In this document: positions 7,041 through 15,601 of the stretch, piece after piece
Layout of the letters: each line of letters begins with the position of its first letter
Position numbering within the stretch: the first letter of the stretch is position 1
Notes under the pieces: model-generated
The model's database searches: none
What the model was told of the DNA's origin: nothing
What the model saw: only the letters and a program-made list of their open reading frames with translations
Position numbers and translations under genes: made by a program
From: Pyrobaculum calidifontis JCM 11548
Lineage (GTDB): Archaea > Thermoproteota > Thermoprotei > Thermoproteales > Thermoproteaceae
DNA length: 32,000 nt
Direction of reading: 5' to 3'
Assembly (NCBI RefSeq): GCF_000015805.1
Contig: NC_009073.1
Coordinates: 1,290,001 to 1,322,000 of the forward strand

Positions 7041-8674
7041 TTACCGCCTTAGTAGGCGGAGGGCCTCTCTGCGGAGGCCCAGCTTCCCCTCGCAGAAGAC
7101 CCTCTTGTCCATCTCCTCCAATTTCCCAATCTTAGGCACAAACTCCATCTTCTTAACCACGTCTTTCTCCACGTCGACGCCCGGCGCCACCTCCACGAGC
7201 TCAACGCCAGTTGGAGTGAGCTTAAACACGGCGCGCTCAGTTATATACATCACCACCTTCCCCTCCTCCAGCGCGTAGCCAGCGTTGAAGACTATCTTGA
7301 ACACCCTCTTCACGAATTTTACAATTGGCCCGTCTTGGGCAATGGCTAGGCGGCAGTTGGCCACGCGGATGTCCCTCTTGCCGGCGGTGAAGGCCCCGGC
7401 GAAGTAGACCCTGGGGGAGCCCGTGGCAATTATGGGGAAGCCGCCGGGGCCGTTATTCTCCCAGGGGCGAAGGCGGAGTTTACGTTACCCAACTCGTCCA
7501 CCTGCATAAAGCCCAGCGAGGTGGCGTCGATGGCCCCGCCCTCGTAGAGGATGAACTGGTCGGGCATGGGCAACACGGCGTAGTGACCCATGGCGGCGCC
7601 GAAGTCTAAGTCCATGAGGGCGACGCCTCCCCAGGGCCCCGACTCCACAGTCATGTGTATCACGTCGTCTAGCCCCTCTTCTCTAACTACGTCAGCCACG
7701 GCGGCGGGGATCCCCACGCCCAGGTTTATAACTATTGGCCGGCCCACCTCCTCTACCACTCTCAAGAGCTCCAACACCACTCTCCTCGCCACCGCCTTCT
7801 CCAGCCCCAGGGGCAGAGGCTCGTAGCCCGCTCTATACGGCGCATCTCCGCTGATTATTGGATTTAAGTCAAAGGAAGCCGTCTGCCAGTGGAACTTCTC
7901 CGCCTCAGTGCCCCTCCGCGCCACTACGACGTAGTCCACGAGGGGGCCTGGCACAACCACGTGCTTTGGATGTATCTCCCCCAGCGTCACCACTCTCAAC
8001 ACCTGCGCCAAGACAAGCCCGCCGGGGTTCGCCTTGACAGCCTCGACTATGGACAGCGCAGAGCCGTAGATGGCCTCCTGCTCCATAGACAAGTTGCCCA
8101 ACTCGTCGGCGGTTGTGGCGCGGATAATCCCCACGTTGGGCTTAGGCGCCTTGTAGAGCAAGTACTCCCTCCCGTCTATGTACACCAACTCCACTCTGGC
8201 GGTCCTCCTCTCCCTCGCCAAGTCGTTTAAAAAACAGTTGTCTTGGCGGGGGTCAAGAAATGTGCCAAGCCCCACCCTAGAGAAGACCCCGGGGCTACCC
8301 ACGGCGACGGCCTTAAACCACCTGCTGATAATGCCAATGGGCCAGGTGTAGGCCTCCACTAAGTTCTCCTCCACGGCCCTCTGAAGCGAGGGGGCCCACC
8401 CGTAGAAAGACAGGAGAAACCCTCTCACAAAGTCCTGGTCCCTCTCCTTCACGATGAACTCGCCTATTTTATCTAAGCCAAAGCCGGGGATGGCGGGCAA
8501 GACGTCGGAGACTATGAACAGCCCCTTTGGGTGACCGGTCTCCTTGTAACGCTCCAGCAACTTGTCAAGGAGGTAAAAGGGCGCATTGGCCACGTTGAAC
8601 CCCGACACGACGACCACTGCCCCGTCTGGAATTTTCGACACGGCCGCCTCCGCCGATACGTGTTTTGAGACCAC
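7041..8674 (-). pseudogene. Acyl-CoA:acetate/3-ketoacid CoA-transferase (YdiF-like fused family I enzyme) split by a 1-nt frameshift
   Basis: The 414-aa ORF (7430-8674) matches the N-terminal four-fifths of YdiF (GTFLDPRQ, EYLLYKAPKPNVGIIRATTADE, catalytic-Glu region HMTVESGPWGG). Homology then continues in another frame from 7460 downward (ENNGPGGFPIIATGSPRVYFAGAFTAGKRDIRVANCRLAIAQDGPIVKFVKRV .. YITERAVFKL). The frame switch falls at the GGG run at 7460-7462. Confidence 0.8.
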
Positions 8675-8698
8675 AAGAGAAGTGGGAGAGTAAAAAAT

Positions 8699-10579
8699 CT
8701 ACAACTTCTCCTTTAGCTGTTCTATCGCCTCTGCGTCCTCCAGCGTGCTCAAGTCGCCCAGCGGCTGCCCCATGGCCATGGCCCTGAGCACCCTCCTCAT
8801 GACTTTCCCAGTCCTAGTCTTAGGCAACTTCTCCACAATGGCCACCTTGCCCACCACGGCCAGTGGGCCGAGGCTCTTCCTGAGGTGCGCCACCACCTCC
8901 TCCTCGGTTATCAGCCTCCCGGCCCTGGGCACTACAAACACGGCGAGCACGTCCCCCCTCACTGGGTCAGGTATGCTCACCACCGCAGCCTCCGCCACGG
9001 CGGGGTGCGATGCCACTATGTCCTCCACCTCCCTAGTGGAGAGGCGGTGCCCCGCCACCTTGATCACGTCGTCGGAGCGGCCTAGGATGTGGAGGTGGCC
9101 GTCCTCGTCTATGTAGCCGAGGTCGCCTGTGTGGTAGTACCCCTTGAACTTAGACCAGTAGCTCTCCACGTAGCGCTTGGGGTCTCTCCACAGGGTGTGC
9201 AAGAAGGCCGGGGGCAACGGGGGCTTGACCGCCACGTGGCCCTTCTGCCCCCTCGGCAACTCTCTCCCCTCGTCGTCTAGAATCACCAGGTTGAGAGTGG
9301 GGTAGGGAAGGCCGACAGAGCCGTACTTGTAGCTGAACCCCCCGAGGTTCATGGAGCCGGGCGCTGTGACGAAGCACGCGGTCTCGGTCTGCCCCCAGAT
9401 GTCCGCCACTTGGCACCCCCTCTTGCACACGTTGGTCACAAGCCACTTGTACGCCTCCTCGTTGAGGACCTCGCCAGTGGGATAAGCCGCCATTAGGGTG
9501 TCCAAGCTGTACCTCCGCGGCCACTCGTCTCCGTATTTCATCAAGAGGCGGATGGCGGTGGGGGAGAAGAGGATGTGAGTCACCTTGTAGGCGTCCACTA
9601 TCTCCCACCAGATGCCCGGGTGCGGGTAGTCCGGCGCGTCGTCGTACCAGAGCACCGTCAGCCCGTTGAGGAGCGGGCCGTGTACGCCGTAGTGGTGGCC
9701 CGAGATCCACCCAATGTCGGCGGTGGAGAAGAAGACGATGTCGTCTCTAAACTCCCTCTCGGCCCCCACCAGGTGGCTGAAGGCGTACCACACCCACACC
9801 ATGTAGGCCCCGTGGAGGTGGAGAATGCCCTTGGGCTTCCCCGTGGTGCCCGAGGTGTAGAGTATAAAGAGGGGCTCGTCGCCGGCCACCCACTCAGGCT
9901 CAGTGTAGGCGTTGAGCGGAATAGACTTCATCTCCTCCTGCCACCAGAAGTCCCTCCCCTCCCTCATCGGCACGCCGACGCCCACGTGCCTATACACCAC
10001 CACCTCGGCGTCTAGCCCCGCGATGGCCAAGGCCTCGTCCACCGTGGGCTTAAGCGGAATCACTTTACCGCGCCTAGTCATGCCGTCGGCGGTGATGACG
10101 AGCTTGGCCTCGGCGTCTCTTATCCTATCCGCCAGCGCCTGGGCCCCAAAGCCCGAGAACACCACCGTGTGCACAGCGCCTATTCTACTTACGGCTAGCA
10201 TGGCCACCATGGCCTCCGGAATCATGGGCATGTAAATCACGACTCTGTCCCCACGCTCCACGCCCCTCATCCTAAGCAGAGTGGCAAAGCGGTTTACCTC
10301 GCGGTAGAGGTCCCAGTACCTCAGCACCCTGGTCTGGCCGCTGGAGGAGACCCAGATGAGGGCGGCCTTGTTCGCCCTCCCCTCTCTCACGTGGCGGTCA
10401 AGGGCGTTGTACGTGATGTTGGTCTCCCCGCCCACAAACCACTTGTAAAACGGCGGGTTGGAGTCGTCGTACGTCTTCTCCCACTTGGCCCTCCAGTACA
10501 GCTTAGCGGCCTGCCTCTCCCAGAACCCAATCGGGTCCTTCAACGACTCTTGGTAGAGCTCGAGGAACTCTTTAGACAT
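8699..10579 (-). CDS. AMP-forming acyl-CoA synthetase of the acetyl-CoA synthetase family (candidate 4-hydroxybutyrate-CoA ligase)
   Basis: It has an ACS-type N-terminus (YKWFVGGETNITYNALDRHV), the AMP-binding motif YTSGTTGKPKG, WGQTE, YHTGDLG..DDVIKVAGHRL and PKTRTGKVMRR. The substrate assignment is inferred from gene context only. Confidence 0.9.
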   Translation of the reverse strand: MSKEFLELYQESLKDPIGFWERQAAKLYWRAKWEKTYDDSNPPFYKWFVGGETNITYNALDRHVREGRANKAALIWVSSSGQTRVLRYWDLYREVNRFATLLRMRGVERGDRVVIYMPMIPEAMVAMLAVSRIGAVHTVVFSGFGAQALADRIRDAEAKLVITADGMTRRGKVIPLKPTVDEALAIAGLDAEVVVYRHVGVGVPMREGRDFWWQEEMKSIPLNAYTEPEWVAGDEPLFILYTSGTTGKPKGILHLHGAYMVWVWYAFSHLVGAEREFRDDIVFFSTADIGWISGHHYGVHGPLLNGLTVLWYDDAPDYPHPGIWWEIVDAYKVTHILFSPTAIRLLMKYGDEWPRRYSLDTLMAAYPTGEVLNEEAYKWLVTNVCKRGCQVADIWGQTETACFVTAPGSMNLGGFSYKYGSVGLPYPTLNLVILDDEGRELPRGQKGHVAVKPPLPPAFLHTLWRDPKRYVESYWSKFKGYYHTGDLGYIDEDGHLHILGRSDDVIKVAGHRLSTREVEDIVASHPAVAEAAVVSIPDPVRGDVLAVFVVPRAGRLITEEEVVAHLRKSLGPLAVVGKVAIVEKLPKTRTGKVMRRVLRAMAMGQPLGDLSTLEDAEAIEQLKEKL

Positions 10580-10580
10580 G

Positions 10581-11999
10581 CTACAGCCCCAAGACGTAGT
10601 ACTTAGGCTCGGTGAAGTAGTACATGGTGGACCGCACCCCCTCCCTCCAGCCGAAGCCAGAGTACTTCACTCCCCCGTAGGGCAGGGCGTCGAAGCGCAC
10701 GCGGGTTGAGTCGTTGATCATCACAGCCCCCGCCCTTATTGCGGACGCCACTCTAAGGGCCTTTCTATAGTCCGAGGTGAAGACCGCCGCCTGTAGGCCG
10801 TACTGAGTGGAGTTGGCCAACTCCACTGCCTCCTCCTCCCCCTCGAAGGGGACTATGGGCAAGACGGGGCCGAACACCTCCTCCTTCAGAACCCTCATGT
10901 CTTCTCTGCCGTTGAGGACTTGGAGGAGAGTGGGCTCGAAGAAGAAGCCCCTCCTCTCCATCCTCTTCCCCCCCAGGAGGACCTTGGCGCCTTTAGACAC
11001 CGCGTCGGCCACGAAGCCCTCCATGGCCTTCACCATCTTCTCAGAGATCAAGGGCCCCATGTCCGTGGCCTCCTCCATGGGGTCCCCCACCCTCAGCGCC
11101 GCCGTCTTCTCCACCACCAGTTTCACAAACTCGTCGTACACCTCCCTCTCTACGTAGACCCGCTTAGTGGCGTTGCAGTTTTGGCCAGCGTTTTCAAACC
11201 TGGCCCTAACCACCGTCGCCGCGGCCTTGGCCAAGTCGGCGTCTTTGAACACTATGGCCGGGTCGGAGCCGCTGGGGGCAATCATGTACTTCTTCCCCCT
11301 CCCCGCCGCCTTGGCCGCCACCTGCAACCCCACCGCCGTGCTGCCCGTAAAAGATATGGCCGCCACCTTGGAGTTCTCCAGTAGCTCGTTGAACACCTCC
11401 TCCCCACTGCCCACAACCACGTTTACAACGCCGTCGGGGAAGCCGGCCTTTTTAAACACGTCGTACAGCCTCAGGGCCGTCAGCGGCGTGTGAGTGGAGG
11501 GCTTCACCACCGCGGTGTTCCCAGCGGCCACCACCGGCGCCACCTTGTGGGCAAAGGTGGAGGCGGGGTTGTTGTAACTCAGCGCCCCGGCCACTACTCC
11601 AATGGGCTCCCTCCTCTCTACCACGAGGCGAGACTCGTTGCCCGGCGGGTAGTCGTAGGCGTCTACCCTGGGGGAGGAGCCCTCAAGCACGTGCCTAGCC
11701 TCCTCAGCGCTGGCCCGCACAATCTCAATAGCCCTCCAAAGCTCCGCCCTCGCGTCGCGGATGGGCTTGCCCGACTCCGCCACCAAGGTCTTCAACAGCT
11801 CGTCGAAGGCGAGCTCCATGTACTCCGCGGCCTTGCGCAAGAGGCGGGTTCTCTCCCTAAGCGGCAGGGCTGCCCACTTGTGGAAAGCCCTCTCAGCCTC
11901 ATCCACGGCGTTTTTCACGTCTTCCCGCGAGGCGGAGCTTAGAACGGCTATCACCTCCCCAGTGGCAGGGTTGTAGACCACCACTTCTTTGCTAGACAT
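10581..11999 (-). CDS. Aldehyde dehydrogenase superfamily enzyme (candidate CoA-acylating succinyl-CoA reductase / succinate semialdehyde dehydrogenase)
   Basis: The protein has an ALDH fold, with the catalytic Cys in FENAGQNCNATKR and EEVFGPV. The usual general-base motif LELGGK is replaced by IAPSGSDP, so the Glu is Ala. The stop lies 1 nt before the ATG of the downstream synthetase. Confidence 0.85.
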   Translation of the reverse strand: MSSKEVVVYNPATGEVIAVLSSASREDVKNAVDEAERAFHKWAALPLRERTRLLRKAAEYMELAFDELLKTLVAESGKPIRDARAELWRAIEIVRASAEEARHVLEGSSPRVDAYDYPPGNESRLVVERREPIGVVAGALSYNNPASTFAHKVAPVVAAGNTAVVKPSTHTPLTALRLYDVFKKAGFPDGVVNVVVGSGEEVFNELLENSKVAAISFTGSTAVGLQVAAKAAGRGKKYMIAPSGSDPAIVFKDADLAKAAATVVRARFENAGQNCNATKRVYVEREVYDEFVKLVVEKTAALRVGDPMEEATDMGPLISEKMVKAMEGFVADAVSKGAKVLLGGKRMERRGFFFEPTLLQVLNGREDMRVLKEEVFGPVLPIVPFEGEEEAVELANSTQYGLQAAVFTSDYRKALRVASAIRAGAVMINDSTRVRFDALPYGGVKYSGFGWREGVRSTMYYFTEPKYYVLGL

Positions 12000-12195
12000 T
12001 GAAAAGGCGTGTAGCCACCTATTTAAGATTTTCCGAAATTTTTGTCTATTAACTAACTTTGTAATTATCTAAAATTATAAATGTTAGACAAGGAGGAGCC
12101 TGGCCTAACTTTTACTGTTATAGGTAATTACAATTTTCGTTTCTTTATAATAATTTAGATAAACCTTAAAATATGGTCATACAAATCGTCAAAGC
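12000..12195. promoter_or_regulatory. 196-bp AT-rich divergent control region (ALDH operon <-> fumarate-reductase operon)
   Basis: The minus-strand TATA (CTTAAATA, plus coordinates 12020-12027) lies 28 bp from ATG 11999. TTAAAATA at 12166-12173 lies 30 bp from ATG 12196. About 130 bp of AT-rich sequence between them carries two copies of the recurring ATAATTT(T)AGATAA motif (12065-12078 inverted, 12149-12162) and AACTTTGT (12055-12062). Confidence 0.65.
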
Positions 12196-13938
12196 ATGGA
12201 AGTATTATCTTGCGACGTAGTGGTGGTGGGCTCGGGACTGGCGGGCCTGCGGGCCGCCGTGGCCGCCGCGGCGGCTAGCGAGAAGCTCTCCATCTGCGTA
12301 GTCACCAAGGTGGCGGGGCCCCGGTCTCACACCATCTCAGCCGAGGGCGGCATGGCAGCCGTGGTGCACCCAGAGAAGACTGGAGACACGCCGCACCTCC
12401 ACGCCTACGACACTGTGAAAGGCGGCGACTTCCTCGTGGACCAAGACGCGGCCATGTTGCTCGCCCAAGAGGCGCCGTCCGAGGCCCTTTTCTTGTACAA
12501 GATAGGGGTCCCCTGGAATAAGGACTCGGACGGGACCTTCTCCCTCAGGCTCTTCGGGGGGATGAGCAAGCCCAGAACCCTCTTTGTAAAAGACAAGACC
12601 GGCTTCTACATACTAACCGCCTTGTACAAGCACGCCAAGTCTTTCTCCAACATCGCCTTCTACGAAGAGCACCTGGTGACCAAGCTGGTGGTTAAACACA
12701 ACGTATTCTACGGCGTTACTGCTCTAGACATGAGGAGGGGGGAGTTCAAGTTCTTCAAGGCCAAGGCCGGGGTAATAGCCACGGGGGGCGGCGGCCGGAT
12801 GTTCAAGCTCACCACCATGGGCTACTTAAACACTGGGGAGGTGTACGGCTTCGCCCTCCGGGAGGGCATAGCGTTGAAAGACATGGAGTTTGTCCAATGG
12901 CACCCCACGGCTCTCGTCCCCAGCGGAATCTTGATCAGCGAGGCGGCCCGGGCCGAGGGGGCCTACCTCGTGAACAAGTACGGCGAGAGGTTCATGAGGA
13001 GGTACGCGCCGCAGAAGATGGAGCTGGCCCCCAGAGACGTAATAGCCAGGGCAATAGCCATGGAGTGCATGTCGGGGAGGGGCTTCACCTGGCGCGACGG
13101 GACCTGCTACGTCGGGCTCGACGTCCGCCACCTAGACCCAGCCAGGGTAAAGGAGCGGCTCCCCCTCCTCCTAGAGCTCTCCAAGACCTACGCGGGGGTG
13201 GACCCCTTCACAGAGCTCATCCCCGTGGCCCCCGCGGTGCACTACTTCATGGGCGGCATACACACAGACCTCTACGGCAGAGTTTTGACCGTGAGCGGGG
13301 AGTGGGTTAGGGGGCTGTGGGCCGCCGGCGAGGCCGCGGCGGTGAGCGTACACGGCGCAAACCGCCTAGGCTCCAACTCCCTCGCCGAGTGCGCGGTGTG
13401 GGGCAGGCTGGCCGGAGAGCAGGCGGCTGAGTACGCCAAGGGGCGGGGGGAGGGGGAGGCAGACGGCGCGGTCAAGGCGCTGGTCGAGAGAGAGGAGAAT
13501 AGGGTCTTCTACAAGCTGGGGAGGAAGGAGGTGGGGGGCACCTCAGCCGCGGCCATTAGGTCTGCGCTTCAAAACGCCATGCACAAGGGGGCAGGCATCA
13601 TTAGGGAGGAGTCGGCGCTGGCGCAGGCCCTTTCGGAGGTGGCGAAGCTCATCTCGGCCTTTAAAGAGGTCAACTTGCACGACACTGGCAGAATATACAA
13701 CATGGAGCTAAGGGAGATGGTGGAGCTTGACGGCATGCTCCTGGCCGCCCACGCTGTGCTCCTAGGCGCCTACTTTAGGAGGGAGTCGAGGGGCGCCCAC
13801 TACAGGGTGGACCACCCGCAGAGAGACGACAAGACTTGGCTTAAGCACACCCTAGTGCACAAAGTGGGAGAGGGGTTCGGCGTCTACTACGCACCGGTGA
13901 AGGTGGACAAGTGGCCGCCCGAGGTTAGGGCGTATTAG
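12196..13938 (+). CDS. Fumarate reductase / succinate dehydrogenase flavoprotein subunit (soluble TfrA/FrdA-like)
   Basis: It carries the FAD-binding motif VVVVGSGLAGLRAA, the covalent-FAD His context RSHTISAEGG, and the active-site motifs QWHPT, HYFMGG, HGANRLGSNSL and RRESRGAHYR. Confidence 0.9.
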   Translation: MEVLSCDVVVVGSGLAGLRAAVAAAAASEKLSICVVTKVAGPRSHTISAEGGMAAVVHPEKTGDTPHLHAYDTVKGGDFLVDQDAAMLLAQEAPSEALFLYKIGVPWNKDSDGTFSLRLFGGMSKPRTLFVKDKTGFYILTALYKHAKSFSNIAFYEEHLVTKLVVKHNVFYGVTALDMRRGEFKFFKAKAGVIATGGGGRMFKLTTMGYLNTGEVYGFALREGIALKDMEFVQWHPTALVPSGILISEAARAEGAYLVNKYGERFMRRYAPQKMELAPRDVIARAIAMECMSGRGFTWRDGTCYVGLDVRHLDPARVKERLPLLLELSKTYAGVDPFTELIPVAPAVHYFMGGIHTDLYGRVLTVSGEWVRGLWAAGEAAAVSVHGANRLGSNSLAECAVWGRLAGEQAAEYAKGRGEGEADGAVKALVEREENRVFYKLGRKEVGGTSAAAIRSALQNAMHKGAGIIREESALAQALSEVAKLISAFKEVNLHDTGRIYNMELREMVELDGMLLAAHAVLLGAYFRRESRGAHYRVDHPQRDDKTWLKHTLVHKVGEGFGVYYAPVKVDKWPPEVRAY

Positions 13939-13939
13939 T

Positions 13940-14254
13940 ATGAGGATCCGAGTGGCAATCCGGCGAAGAAAAGACGGCGTGAGCTACGACCAAGTCTACC
14001 ACGTGGACGCAGACCCCAGGGCCACTATGCTTGACGTCCTCATAAACATAAGAGAGGACTTAGACGGCTCCCTATCCTTCCGCTACGCATGTAGAATGGG
14101 GGTCTGCGGCGCATGTGCCGTCAAGATCAACGGCAAGCCAGCCCTTGCCTGTACAGTGAAGCTAATGGACTTGGGGACCACCAATATATACATAGAGCCT
14201 ATATCAGACAAAAATATAATTAAAGATCTTATTGTTGATTTTGAAAGTAGATAA
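13940..14254 (+). CDS. Truncated Sdh/Frd iron-sulfur subunit: the 2Fe-2S N-terminal domain only (104 aa)
   Basis: SFRYACRMGVCGACAVKINGKPALAC supplies the plant-type 2Fe-2S ligands. The protein ends right after the conserved IKDLIVD motif, so the 4Fe-4S/3Fe-4S domain is absent. Its ATG lies 1 nt after the flavoprotein stop. Confidence 0.85.
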   Translation: MRIRVAIRRRKDGVSYDQVYHVDADPRATMLDVLINIREDLDGSLSFRYACRMGVCGACAVKINGKPALACTVKLMDLGTTNIYIEPISDKNIIKDLIVDFESR

Positions 14255-14293
14255 TTTAGAAAAATAGATTTATATCATTCCACAGGCGCTTTC
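14255..14293 (+). promoter_or_regulatory. Promoter of the CoADR/Nox-like gene, with a copy of the recurring motif
   Basis: TTTATAT at 14269-14275 lies 25 bp upstream of ATG 14294. GATAATTTAGAAAA at 14250-14263 overlaps the stop codon of the 2Fe-2S gene. Confidence 0.55.
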
Positions 14294-15601
14294 ATGGCCA
14301 AGAGAATTGTGGTAGTGGGGGGCGGGGCGGCGGGGGCCACCGCTGCGGCCAAGGCTAAGAGGGTGAACCCAGGGGCCGAGGTGGTGTTAGTAGAGGCGGG
14401 GCCCTACGTTACCCACGCCCCCTGTGCCGTTCCCTACGCCATCGCACAGGCCGCGAGGCTGTATATATACACCGCCGAGCAGTTCGCAAGGGAGAAGGGC
14501 GTTGTTGTGTATACCAACACCAAGGCCGAGGTAGGCGAAGGCGGCAGACTCAGGCTGAGCGGTGCGGTGAGCGGGGCGTTGGAGTGGGACGCCATGATCA
14601 TAGCCACTGGGGCCAGCCCGAGGGTTCCACAGGTGGAGGGCGTCGAGCTTGAGGGAGTCCAAGTGGTGCGCCATCCCGCCGAGGCGGAGGCCATAAAGAA
14701 GGCCTTGCAACCTGCGCGGAGGGTGGTAGTGGTGGGCGGGGGGTACATTGGGCTTGAGATGGCGGAGGTCCTCCTGGCAGGGGGCAAGGATGTGGTGCTC
14801 CTAGAGTCGGGGAGGTGGATTTTGAACAAGATGTTGGACGAGGACATGGCGAGGCTCGTGGAGCAGTACATAGCGGCGAGGGGCGGGCAGCTTAGGCTGG
14901 GGGAGACGCTGACGAGGATAGTGGGTAGGGGCAGGGTGGAGAGAGTGGAGACCACTGGGGGCTCCGTGGAGACAGACGCGGTGGTGTTGGCCACTGGGGT
15001 TAGGCCCAACGTGGAGTTGGCCAAGGCGCTCGGCGCCAGGCTGGGGGAGACTGGTGCCGTGTGGACAGACGAGTTTCTAGAGACCTCAGTCCCCGGGGTA
15101 TACGCCGCGGGCGACGTGGCCGAGGTGGTTCACAAGGTCACCGGTCGGCGGACTTGGATGCCCCTCGCCCCCTACGCCAACAAGATGGGCTACGTGGCTG
15201 GGTACAACGCGGGGGCCGGGGAGAAGAGGGTGAGGTTTCCGCCTGTGGTGGGGGCGGCCGTGACTAAGTTCTTTGACATGTACATCGGCAAGGCGGGGCT
15301 GGGGGAGGCTGAGGCCAGGCAGTACGGCATAGGCGCAACGTCTGCCGTTGTCAAGACCAGCGACAAAGCGGCCTTTATGCCCGACGCGAGGGAGATCTAC
15401 GTAAAGGCCGTGGCGTCGAGGGGGGTCTTGATAGGGGTGGAGGTGGTGGGCTTCTCGCCCTACGTGGCGGCCGTGGTGGACTTCGCCGCGCAGCTGATAG
15501 GGAGACCCGTCGAGGAGGTGATCTTGGCAGAATACTCCTACATGCCCCACACAGGCCCCGTCTGGCACCCCCTCGTCTCAGCCGCCAGGCTCTTGGACTA
15601 G
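14294..15601 (+). CDS. FAD-dependent pyridine nucleotide-disulfide oxidoreductase of the NADH oxidase / CoA-disulfide reductase family
   Basis: It has the GxGxxG motif VVVGGGAAGATAA, a single active-site Cys in THAPCAVPY (compare the Nox/CoADR pattern SxxxC(G/A)(L/I/V)PY), a second dinucleotide fold VVVVGGGYIGLEMAE, and VYAAGDVAEV. Confidence 0.85.
   Translation: MAKRIVVVGGGAAGATAAAKAKRVNPGAEVVLVEAGPYVTHAPCAVPYAIAQAARLYIYTAEQFAREKGVVVYTNTKAEVGEGGRLRLSGAVSGALEWDAMIIATGASPRVPQVEGVELEGVQVVRHPAEAEAIKKALQPARRVVVVGGGYIGLEMAEVLLAGGKDVVLLESGRWILNKMLDEDMARLVEQYIAARGGQLRLGETLTRIVGRGRVERVETTGGSVETDAVVLATGVRPNVELAKALGARLGETGAVWTDEFLETSVPGVYAAGDVAEVVHKVTGRRTWMPLAPYANKMGYVAGYNAGAGEKRVRFPPVVGAAVTKFFDMYIGKAGLGEAEARQYGIGATSAVVKTSDKAAFMPDAREIYVKAVASRGVLIGVEVVGFSPYVAAVVDFAAQLIGRPVEEVILAEYSYMPHTGPVWHPLVSAARLLD

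Noticed and set aside
7430-7470. The possibility that the CoA-transferase frame change is a programmed ribosomal frameshift.
   Set aside because: I see no X-XXY-YYZ slippery heptamer at the shift site and no obvious downstream stem-loop or pseudoknot. A single missing G in a G-run is the simpler explanation. This remains to be checked by re-sequencing.
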